Shown here: positions 19,165 through 27,410 of the stretch, piece by piece | Layout: every line of letters begins with the position of its first letter | Numbering within the stretch: position 1 is the first letter of the stretch | Assembly: GCA_050011895.1 (NCBI GenBank) | Contig: JBEKIF010000013.1 | Coordinates: 27,744 to 91,743, forward strand | DNA from: Streptosporangiaceae bacterium | GTDB lineage: Bacteria; Actinomycetota; Actinomycetes; Streptosporangiales; Streptosporangiaceae | DNA: 64,000 nucleotides | Direction of reading: 5' to 3' | Position numbers and translations under genes: made by a program | The notes under the pieces: model-generated | Told to the model about the DNA's origin: nothing | The model's database searches: none | Seen by the model: only the letters and a program-made list of their open reading frames with translations

Positions 19165-20835
19165 ATGACGTCGTCTGGGAGCCGGACTGTGCTCGGCCGG
19201 GCGCCGCAACCCAGCGGCGGCGGGCGAGACGGCTACACCGGCGGTCCGGCCTGGATGTGGTTCCTGCCGCCCGTCCTGATGCTCGGGCTGGGGCTCTGGG
19301 ACATCACGAGACCGTCATACTGGCGTGACGAGGCCGCGAGCCTGACGGCGGTGCACCGTTCCTTTGCCCAGCTCGTGCGGACGCTGGGCCATGTGGACGC
19401 GGTGCACGGCGTCTACTACATGATCATGTGGCCGGTGGTCCGGGTGGCAGGCTCGGGCGAGCTGGTCACCAGGCTGCCCTCGGTGGTCGCGATGGCGGTG
19501 GCCGCCGCCGGGGTGGCCGCGCTCGGCCGCCGGCTGGTCTCGCCCGCCGCCGGTCTGGCCTCCGGCCTGATTTTCGTGATATTGCCGCAGATCAGCCGGT
19601 ACGCGCAGGACATGAGATCGTATGCGATGGTGGCCGCGTTCGGGACAGTGGCTACCTACCTGCTGGTGCGGGCGATCGGCACCTCCGGCCGCAAGCGCGG
19701 CTGGCTGGCGGGGTACGCGGGGTGCATGGGGGTGATGGGCGCCCTGAACATCTTCGGGATCCTGCTGCTCGCCGCGCACGCGGTAACGGTGGCGCTGGTG
19801 TGCCTGCGCCGCGATGACGGCAGTGTCCGGCCGTCGCTGGCCCGACTGCGCGGCGAGCGGGGCGGGGACGGCGGGAAAGGCGGGGACGGCAGGGAAGGCG
19901 GGGACGGCAGGAAAGGCGGGGAAGGTAAGGCCGCGCGATCGCTGGCGGCCGGGTGGGTCGCCGCTGCCGTCGTGGCGGTAGCGCTGGCCAGCCCCATAAT
20001 CCTGCTCGGCATCGCCCAGCGCCAGACCGCCAGCTGGATCAAGCCCCCTGGGCTGCAGACGTTTGTGAAGCTGACGCAACTGGTGGGCCCGCTGCCGATG
20101 GCGGCGGCGGTGGTGCTTGCCGTGGCGCTCGGACTGGCCGCCAGCGCAGCCTCGGGACGCGCCGCGCTGCTGGCCGCCTGGCCCAGGCGGCTGCCCGCGG
20201 TGGCCGTTCCGTGGCTGGTCGTCCCCCCGGCGCTGCTGATCGGTGTCTCGTTCGCGCTGCCGCTCTACGTGCCCCGCTACATCCTGTACTGCCTGCCTGC
20301 GGTGGCGCTGCTGGCGGGCGCGGGGCTGGCGGCGCTCGGCCAGGCCGTCGGCACCGGGTTCGGCCGGGCGCCCGAGGCCGGGCTTGACGTGCTCGGCTGG
20401 GCGACCGGCGCGGTGGCGCTGCTGTTCATCGCGGTACTCGGGCTCAGCGCCCAGGAGGCTTTCCGCGCCCCGGCCGGCCACGGAGACAACATCCGCCGCG
20501 TCGACAGCATCATCGCCGGGCAACGGCGTCCCGGGGACGCCGTGATCTACGTCGGCTGGGACGCTCACTACTTCACCGCCGCCTACCCTTACGGGCTCCC
20601 GCAGCTGGACAACGTCGGGCAGGACAAGACACCCGCCCAGGCGGCCAACCTGACCGGGACCACGTGGCCAGCCGCGGTGGTGCGGCAGCGGCTGGCCGGC
20701 ATCTCCAGGGTCTGGCTCGTCGACGCGTCCGGTTACCCGAAATCGCGGGTCTTGTCCGGGCTCCACGTCACGCGCCTGCGGGCCTGGCAGATTGGCAAGA
20801 TCTGGCTCGTTCTCTACCAGCAAAAGCCGGTGTGA
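19165..20835 (+). CDS. GT-C superfamily membrane glycosyltransferase, paralog 2
   Basis: Has the same architecture as paralog 1, and its DITRPSYWRDE block and long stretches are near-identical to it. It carries a repeat loop (ERGGDGGKGGDGREGGDGRKGGEGK) encoded by a DNA tandem repeat at ~19857-19925. Confidence 0.7.
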   Translation: MTSSGSRTVLGRAPQPSGGGRDGYTGGPAWMWFLPPVLMLGLGLWDITRPSYWRDEAASLTAVHRSFAQLVRTLGHVDAVHGVYYMIMWPVVRVAGSGELVTRLPSVVAMAVAAAGVAALGRRLVSPAAGLASGLIFVILPQISRYAQDMRSYAMVAAFGTVATYLLVRAIGTSGRKRGWLAGYAGCMGVMGALNIFGILLLAAHAVTVALVCLRRDDGSVRPSLARLRGERGGDGGKGGDGREGGDGRKGGEGKAARSLAAGWVAAAVVAVALASPIILLGIAQRQTASWIKPPGLQTFVKLTQLVGPLPMAAAVVLAVALGLAASAASGRAALLAAWPRRLPAVAVPWLVVPPALLIGVSFALPLYVPRYILYCLPAVALLAGAGLAALGQAVGTGFGRAPEAGLDVLGWATGAVALLFIAVLGLSAQEAFRAPAGHGDNIRRVDSIIAGQRRPGDAVIYVGWDAHYFTAAYPYGLPQLDNVGQDKTPAQAANLTGTTWPAAVVRQRLAGISRVWLVDASGYPKSRVLSGLHVTRLRAWQIGKIWLVLYQQKPV

Positions 20836-20930
20836 CTGACAGGATCCATCCCGGGCATAATGCCGTAGTACAGACCACGCCCGTCTGAGGCGCTTGCGGT
20901 CGCTACTGCCTGCTTAGTCCGGAGGATGCC

Positions 20931-22565
20931 ATGACGCCGCCTGCTACCCGGGCCCCGCTGGCCCGGGCGCCCGGGGCGGCTGCCAGGCCTCCCGTGCGGC
21001 CGGGCCGGGCCTACGACGGCGGCCCGGTGTGGATGTGGCTGGTACCGCCGGTCGTGACGCTGGCGGTCACGCTGTGGGGGATTACCGGTTCGTCGTACTG
21101 GCGGGATGAGTCGGCGACGCTCGCGGCGGTGCATCGCCCCTTCACCCAGCTGATCCGGATGCTCGGTCACGTGGACGCGGTACATGGCGCCTACTACGTG
21201 ATCATGTGGCCGCTGGTGCGGGTGGCCGGCAGCAGCGAGCTGGTGACGCGGCTGCCGTCCGCGGTGGCGATGGCGGCGGCGGCGGGGCTGGTGGCGGCGC
21301 TCGGCAGGAGGCTGGTGTCGCCGTCGGCGGGGCTGGCTTCCGGGCTGGTCTTCGCCGTGCTGCCGGCGGTCAGCCTATACGGGCAGGATGCCCGCTCGTA
21401 TGCGCTGGTGACGGCGGCGGCGGCAGGAGCGAGCTACCTGCTGGTCCGGCTGATCACAGCGACCGGCGGCAGGCTTGGCTGGCTGGCCGGGTACGGAGCG
21501 TGCCTGGCGGCCGTCGGCCTGCTGAACATCTTCGGGCTGCTCCTGATCGGCGCGCACGCGGTGACTGTCGCGACGGCCTGCCTGCGCCGGGCCGGCCGGC
21601 CGGCCCGGCGGTCGCTGGCGCTGGGCTGGCTGGCCGCCGCAGCCGCGGCAGCGGCGGTGACCAGCCCCATCGTGCTGCTGGCCTGGACCGAGCGCAGCCA
21701 GCTGGCCTGGCTCACTAAGATCAGCCAGATCCAGAGCCTGGTGGCGCTGCTCGGCGCGGGGGAGATGCCCGTCGCGCTCTGCGTCATCGTCGCTTGCGGC
21801 GTGCTGGCGAGCGCGCTGAGCGGGCGGGCCGCGCTGCGGGCAGGCTGGCCGCTGATGCTGCCCGCGCTCGCCGTGCCCTGGCTCGTCGTGCCGCCTGCGC
21901 TGCTGATCCTGATGTCGCGGTTCACGCCCCTTTACACGTTCAGGTACGTGGTGTTCTGCCTGCCAGCCGGAGCCCTGCTGGGCGGCGCGGGACTGGCCGC
22001 GGTCGGCCGCGCGATAGCCACCGGCCTGGGATGGGCGCGCGGCCGGGCAGACGGCGGGGGGGACGGCCGGGGGCCGGGCGCGGGGCAGGCCGGGTGGGGC
22101 CGCTGGCCGCGGGTGGCGCTGACTGCACTGGGCTGGGTTACCTGCGCTGCCGCGCTGGCGATGGTGGCGCTCTTCGGGCTCGGTGCGCAGCGCAGCGCGC
22201 GCGCGGCCAACGGTCACCTGGACGATATCCGGCGCGCGGACCAGATCGTCGCCGCGAACATGCGGCCCGGTGATGCCGTCATCTACGACACGCCAGCGGA
22301 TGAGAACCTGCGGACCGCCTATCCCTACGGGATGGGCAAGCTGACCGATATCACGCAGGCGCAGTCGCCTATCCAGTCCGGGACGCTGTCCGGGACCAGC
22401 CTGCCATTGGCGGCGGTGCGGCAGCGGGTCGGCGGCGTCTCCAGGCTGTGGGTCATCGAGGTGCACCAGGTCACGCAGCTGCCGGTGCTGCAGGGCCTCG
22501 GGCTGCGGCAGCTGCGGGTCTGGCACCCGGCCAACCTGTGGCTGTTCCTCTACCTCGTGCACTGA
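20931..22565 (+). CDS. GT-C superfamily membrane glycosyltransferase, paralog 3 (more diverged)
   Basis: Has the SSYWRDE motif and the same TM topology. Its Gly/Arg-rich insertion is at a different position (GRADGGGDGRGPGAGQAGWGR). Confidence 0.7.
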   Translation: MTPPATRAPLARAPGAAARPPVRPGRAYDGGPVWMWLVPPVVTLAVTLWGITGSSYWRDESATLAAVHRPFTQLIRMLGHVDAVHGAYYVIMWPLVRVAGSSELVTRLPSAVAMAAAAGLVAALGRRLVSPSAGLASGLVFAVLPAVSLYGQDARSYALVTAAAAGASYLLVRLITATGGRLGWLAGYGACLAAVGLLNIFGLLLIGAHAVTVATACLRRAGRPARRSLALGWLAAAAAAAAVTSPIVLLAWTERSQLAWLTKISQIQSLVALLGAGEMPVALCVIVACGVLASALSGRAALRAGWPLMLPALAVPWLVVPPALLILMSRFTPLYTFRYVVFCLPAGALLGGAGLAAVGRAIATGLGWARGRADGGGDGRGPGAGQAGWGRWPRVALTALGWVTCAAALAMVALFGLGAQRSARAANGHLDDIRRADQIVAANMRPGDAVIYDTPADENLRTAYPYGMGKLTDITQAQSPIQSGTLSGTSLPLAAVRQRVGGVSRLWVIEVHQVTQLPVLQGLGLRQLRVWHPANLWLFLYLVH

Positions 22566-22804
22566 GGCCGCCACGGGCGGCCCGAGATGGTGCCTGGACG
22601 GCAACTCGGGCGGACGGCGAACCGGACGGCGAGCCGGGCGGCCGGGACGGCGAATCCGGCAACCTCGCAGTCCCCCTTCAGGATCCATTCAGAATCCATC
22701 GCCATCATGATGACCGGCGCATGTCTTGCGCCCGGCGCGGATAACCCGCCGCCGTCAAGAGCCCGGCGCACCTGGCCAGGCCCGCGGTTTGCCGAGGAGC
22801 CCGA

Positions 22805-24316
22805 ATGTTCTTTACCTACCTCCGGCGTGAGCTGCGCCGGCGGATGCGCCAGGCCATCTTGATCTCGCTAGGCCTCGCGGTCGGGATCGGGCTGGTCATC
22901 ACGGTGACGGCGCTATCGACCGGAGTGAAGGACGCGCAGGGCACGGTACTGCACTCGCTCTACGGCGTCGGCACCGACATCACCGTGTCGCAGGCGCCCG
23001 CGGCCGGCTCGGCAGGCGGTTTCGGGGTCGGATTCAGCGGATCCGCTGGCTCGCGCACCCGGCCCGCGCCCGGAACCACCATCCACGCGAATACGCTGCG
23101 CGCGTTCGCCTTGGCGCCGCTGGACTCCTCGGCAGTGACGGCCATCGCCAAGATGCCGAACGTCGCCGGCGCGGCAGGCGGGCTGACGCTCACCGACTCG
23201 ACGGTGTCGGGGAAGATCCCGTCGTTCTCCGCGGGCGGCGGCGGATTCGGCGGTGGCGGCGGCAGCGGCGGCAGTGGCGGCGGGTTCCGCGGAGCGTTCA
23301 ACGTCAGCTCGTTCGGGGTGCAGGGAGTCGACATATCCGAGGGTGAACTCGGGCCGCTCAGCTCCGGCAAGATCACCACAGGCCGCACTTTCACCGCCGC
23401 GGACGCCAATTCGAGCGTCGCGCTGCTTGACTCCACCTACGCGACGCAGCAAAAGCTCAAGCTCGGCTCCGCGGTTACGGTGGCCGGCCAGAGCTTCAAG
23501 GTGATCGGCATCGTCGCGGAGCCACAGGGCGCGAGTCCGTCCGATGTCTACATCCCGCTGGCCAAGGCGCAGAGCCTGACCACCCCCAGCCTGACCGGCA
23601 AGGTCAACTCGATCTATGTGGCCGCCGCCAGCGCCTCGGATATCACCCCGGTGTCGAAGGAGATCTCCAAGGCGCTGCCCAAGGCCACGGTGACGACGTC
23701 AAGTGATCTGGCCAGCGAGGTGACCGGCTCGCTCGCCAGCACCTCCAGCCTGGCCAACAACCTAGGGAAATGGCTGGCGATCGCGGTGCTCATCGTCGCG
23801 TTCCTGGTGGCCAGCCTGCTGACCATGGCGGCGGTCTCGCGCCGGGTCAGGGAGTTCGGCACCCTCAAGGCCCTCGGCTGGCGCAGCCGGCGCGTGATCG
23901 GCCAGGTCATGGGTGAGTCCCTGGTGATCGGCATCGCGGGCGGGATCATCGGCGTGGGGCTCGGCTACCTCGGCACGACCCTGATCACCAGGCTGTCATC
24001 GCCGCTGACCGCGTCGATCGGCCAGACGACCGGCAGCGCGACTCCCGGCGGCGCCCGCGCCTTCGGCGGGGGCGGTGGCGGTGGCGGCGGGTTCGGTGGC
24101 GGTGGCGGTGGCGGCGGCGGGTTCGGCGGCGGCTTCCGGCGGTTCGCCGCAACCGCGGCTCACACCGTGGACGTGCACCTCACCGCGCCGATGACGATCG
24201 GCATTGTCATCGCCGCGGTGCTGCTGGCGATCGCCGGCGGCCTGATCGCCGGACTATTCGGCGGCTGGCGCGCGGCGCGGCTCAGACCCGCCGCGGCGCT
24301 GGCGCGGGTCGAGTAG
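22805..24316 (+). CDS. ABC transporter permease, FtsX/MacB-like, with a large extracytoplasmic domain
   Basis: TM1 (ILISLGLAVGIGLVITVTAL) is followed by a long periplasmic domain, then three C-terminal TM helices (FtsX fold). Two Gly-rich inserts, GGGGFGGGGGSGGSGGGF and GGGGGGGGFGGGGGGGGGFGGGF, are present. Confidence 0.7.
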   Translation: MFFTYLRRELRRRMRQAILISLGLAVGIGLVITVTALSTGVKDAQGTVLHSLYGVGTDITVSQAPAAGSAGGFGVGFSGSAGSRTRPAPGTTIHANTLRAFALAPLDSSAVTAIAKMPNVAGAAGGLTLTDSTVSGKIPSFSAGGGGFGGGGGSGGSGGGFRGAFNVSSFGVQGVDISEGELGPLSSGKITTGRTFTAADANSSVALLDSTYATQQKLKLGSAVTVAGQSFKVIGIVAEPQGASPSDVYIPLAKAQSLTTPSLTGKVNSIYVAAASASDITPVSKEISKALPKATVTTSSDLASEVTGSLASTSSLANNLGKWLAIAVLIVAFLVASLLTMAAVSRRVREFGTLKALGWRSRRVIGQVMGESLVIGIAGGIIGVGLGYLGTTLITRLSSPLTASIGQTTGSATPGGARAFGGGGGGGGGFGGGGGGGGGFGGGFRRFAATAAHTVDVHLTAPMTIGIVIAAVLLAIAGGLIAGLFGGWRAARLRPAAALARVE

Positions 24317-24361
24317 ACCGGCCACCTGAGCAGACCGACCGGACACCGAGGAGAGAAGACC

Positions 24362-25201
24362 ATGTACAAGCTGACCGGCGTGACCAAGGTCTACCAGAAG
24401 GGCCGGACTCCGGTGCACGCGCTGCAGGGCGTGGACGTGGTGATCGAGGACGGCGAGTGGCTGGCGATCCAGGGCCCCACCGGGCACGGCAAGACCACGC
24501 TGCTGCAGATGCTCGGCGGCCTGGACCGGCCCACGTCAGGAACCATCGAATTCGACGGCCAGGACCTGGCGCAGATGCGGGAGAGCCAGGTCACGAAGGT
24601 GCGGGCCACCTCGATCGGGTTCATCTTCCAGACCTTCAACCTGATTCCGACGCTGAGCGCGCAGGAGAACGTGGAGACCGCGCTGGTGCCGTTGCACGTG
24701 AGCGCGGGGGAGCGGCAGGCGAGGGCCCGGCAGGCGCTGGAGGACCTCGGACTCGGGGACCGGCTCAGGCACCTGCCCGCCGAGCTGTCCGGCGGCCAGC
24801 AGCAGCGGGTCGCGATCGCCCGGGCGCTGGTGAAGGAGCCCAAGGTGCTTTTGGCCGACGAGCCGACCGGCAACCTTGACGAAGGGACCAGGGACGAGAT
24901 CATCGGGCTGCTGGAGAAACTCTGGCGGGACCGCGGCCTGACCATGGTCCTGATCACTCATGACAGCTCCATCGCGCGGCGGGCCGAGCGGGTCGGCGTG
25001 ATGAAGGGCGGCAAGCTGACCATCAAGCAGGACACCAGGCGCCGGGCAGCGGGAAGCCGGCAGGCCGGGGCCAGCGTGGCCGACCAGTACCCGGCACCCG
25101 TGGACGATGCGGCCGGGGTCAGCGAAGCGGGCGTCAGCGGAGCCGGGCAGTACCCGGCACCCGGGGACGACGCGGTGGGAGCCGAGCGGATCGAGTTCTA
25201 G
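24362..25201 (+). CDS. ABC transporter ATP-binding protein (MacB/LolD-type)
   Basis: Walker [10 protein letters not shown], signature [15 protein letters not shown] and Walker [12 protein letters not shown]. The C-terminal ~60 aa is a duplicated low-complexity tail ([35 protein letters not shown]). Confidence 0.85.
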   Translation: MYKLTGVTKVYQKGRTPVHALQGVDVVIEDGEWLAIQGPTGHGKTTLLQMLGGLDRPTSGTIEFDGQDLAQMRESQVTKVRATSIGFIFQTFNLIPTLSAQENVETALVPLHVSAGERQARARQALEDLGLGDRLRHLPAELSGGQQQRVAIARALVKEPKVLLADEPTGNLDEGTRDEIIGLLEKLWRDRGLTMVLITHDSSIARRAERVGVMKGGKLTIKQDTRRRAAGSRQAGASVADQYPAPVDDAAGVSEAGVSGAGQYPAPGDDAVGAERIEF

Positions 25202-25255
25202 CCGTCGGCTACGCCGCCGGGTACGCCGCCGGGTACGGCTCAGGACCCCGGCGAT

Positions 25256-27394
25256 TCAGGACCGGGGCAGCGACAGCTCGCACCAGACGACCTTGCCCGA
25301 TGCCGTCCGCCTGGCGCCCCAGCGCTGCGCCAGCTGGCTGACGACCTGCAGGCCCCGGCCGCGCTCCTCCTCGGCGCCCGGGTGCCTGAGCCTGGGCAGT
25401 GCGGCGGAGTTGTCGAACACCTCGCAGACCAGTCCCTCCTCCAGCACCAGGCGGAGTCCGATCGGCCCCTGGGCGTACCGCACCGCGTTGGTAACCAGCT
25501 CCGAAACGAGCAGCTCGGCGAGGGGGATCAGGTCGGCCAGGCCCCAGCGGCGGAGCGGCCGGCCGATCAGGAAGCGCGCCCGGCGGGACGCGGTCAGCTC
25601 GGCGCGCAGGGTCCACGTGACATGGTGGTCCGCCGGGAGCTTGCGCAGCCTGGCGATCAGTACCGCGATGTCATCGCGCTGATGATCTGAGTAGACACCG
25701 TCCAGGGTGGCCTTGCAGAGATCCTCTAGCGGGCGGTCGGCGGAACCAGGGCCGAAAACCTCGCGCAGCCTGGTCAGACCCTCGTCGATGTCGGCGGTGC
25801 GCTTCTCGACGAGCCCGTCGGTGTAGAGCACGAGCAGGCTGCCGTCCTCGATGTCGAGCGTCCTGCTCTCGGTGGGCCCGGCGCCGATGCCGAGCGGCGG
25901 GGCCGGCAAGACGTCGAGGAACTCGTTGGTGCCATCGGGCCGGACCAGCAGCGGCGGCAGGTGGCCGGCCGAGGCGACCTCGCAGGTCCCCGTCACTGCG
26001 TCGAAGATCGCGTAGATGCAGGTGGCGAAGTGCGGCTCGCGTACGCCAAGCTCCTGCATCAGCTCGTCAAGCTGCTGCAACGTCTCGACGGGCGGCAGCT
26101 CGAGCCGGGCGAGGGTGTGGATGGCGGTCCGCAGCCTGCCCATCGTGACCGCCGCGTGCACGCCGTGGCCTGCCACGTCACCGACGACAAGAGCGACCCG
26201 GCCGCCGGGCAGCGCGATCGACTCATACCAGTCGCCGCCGACCTCGATCAGCTTGCTGCCCGGCAGGTAGCGGTGGCGCACCTCAACCGAGGACGGCGCG
26301 GACAGCCCGGTCGGCAGCAGGCTGCGCTGCAGGGTCAGGGCGGTGGCCCGCTCCCTGGAGTACCTGCGGGCGTTGTCCATGAAGATCGCCGCGCGGGTGG
26401 CGAACTCCATGCCGATCTCAGTGTCGTAGGCATCGAACCGGCGGTAGCCCGCCTTCCTGATGCACACCAGGAAGCCGAGCATGGTGTCCCTGGCGACCAG
26501 CGGCAGCAGCAGCATCGAGACGCCGGACAGCAGCCTGGCCACCGGCTTGCGCAGCCAGGAGTTCGCGATGCGGGTGGCGGTGTCGGCCGCCACGCTAACC
26601 TCGCGGACCGGCTGCTCGGTGTCCATGCACGTCGTATACGGCGTTCCCGGCGGGTAGCGGAGGATCTCGCCGACCGGGAAGGCGGCTTCCCAGCCCGGAT
26701 CGCCGTCGTCGTGGGCGATCGCCAGCCGCCGGACCGCGTGCGACCCGTGGAGTTCGTCGGCGGGCGGGTCGTCCCCGCCGACCAGGCTCTCCAGCACCAG
26801 CAGGCCGCTCGCGTTGCAGAAATGCGGAACGATGATATTGATCAGCTCAGGTGCCATCTGATCGAGGTCGAGCGCCCCCCCGGTCCTGCGCACAGCGCCG
26901 TCAAGCAGCGCATGCCGCATCACGGCCGGATCGAGGAACCGGCCCTCGGACAGCGGCGCGATCCGGAGGATCACCAGCGCGGCGAGGTCAGCGTCGGCGG
27001 ACCGGACCGGCTGGACGGTGACCACCGCGTCGGCGTGGTCACCGTTGCCCAGCCTGATCGTCAGCACGGCGGTGCCCTCGCGATCGGCACAGGCCGAGCC
27101 GATGAGCTCGGTCAGCGCCACGACGTGCGCGGGGTTGGTGATCAGGCGGCCGAGTTCGACCCCGAGCAGCGCGCCAGGACCGCTGCCGAGTACCTCGGCA
27201 GCGTTGCGGTCATGCTGCAGGATCCGGCCGGCCTTGTCGATACCGAGGATCAGGGTCCGCGCGGAGGTGTTCGACACGAGCGCTGGGAAATCGGACGCCG
27301 TTCCGGCTGGCATGACCCGGTGCACTCCCTTCGGCGCGAGGCATGACCTGTTCGCCTCATTATGAAGCAGGTTCCCGCACATTGAGCAGAACAA
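25256..27394 (-). CDS. Multidomain regulator: PAS/GAF sensor, PP2C (SpoIIE) phosphatase and HATPase_c (RsbW-like kinase)
   Basis: PP2C block GGDWYESIALPGGRVALVVGDVAGHGVHAA...LYTDGLVE. HATPase block ELVTNAVRYA...GRGLQVVSQLAQRWG. The true start may be the internal Met28 (MPAGTASD). Confidence 0.7.
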   Translation of the reverse strand: MFCSMCGNLLHNEANRSCLAPKGVHRVMPAGTASDFPALVSNTSARTLILGIDKAGRILQHDRNAAEVLGSGPGALLGVELGRLITNPAHVVALTELIGSACADREGTAVLTIRLGNGDHADAVVTVQPVRSADADLAALVILRIAPLSEGRFLDPAVMRHALLDGAVRRTGGALDLDQMAPELINIIVPHFCNASGLLVLESLVGGDDPPADELHGSHAVRRLAIAHDDGDPGWEAAFPVGEILRYPPGTPYTTCMDTEQPVREVSVAADTATRIANSWLRKPVARLLSGVSMLLLPLVARDTMLGFLVCIRKAGYRRFDAYDTEIGMEFATRAAIFMDNARRYSRERATALTLQRSLLPTGLSAPSSVEVRHRYLPGSKLIEVGGDWYESIALPGGRVALVVGDVAGHGVHAAVTMGRLRTAIHTLARLELPPVETLQQLDELMQELGVREPHFATCIYAIFDAVTGTCEVASAGHLPPLLVRPDGTNEFLDVLPAPPLGIGAGPTESRTLDIEDGSLLVLYTDGLVEKRTADIDEGLTRLREVFGPGSADRPLEDLCKATLDGVYSDHQRDDIAVLIARLRKLPADHHVTWTLRAELTASRRARFLIGRPLRRWGLADLIPLAELLVSELVTNAVRYAQGPIGLRLVLEEGLVCEVFDNSAALPRLRHPGAEEERGRGLQVVSQLAQRWGARRTASGKVVWCELSLPRS

Positions 27395-27410
27395 CCCAGT
27401 GGCTTAGCGT

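Noticed and set aside
19315-20823. 502-aa minus-strand ORF spanning GT-C paralog 2
   Set aside because: Its composition is Arg/Gly/Pro-rich with no domains. It is exactly antisense to a motif-supported membrane glycosyltransferase, so it is a GC shadow ORF. The same applies to 17213..18055(-), 21375..22688(-), 12625..13902(-), 10405..11514(-), 11259..12272(-), 28871..30307(-), 31280..32305(-), 58792..59919(-), 62120..63508(-), 43496..44212(-), 44820..45911(-) and 51010..52344(+).
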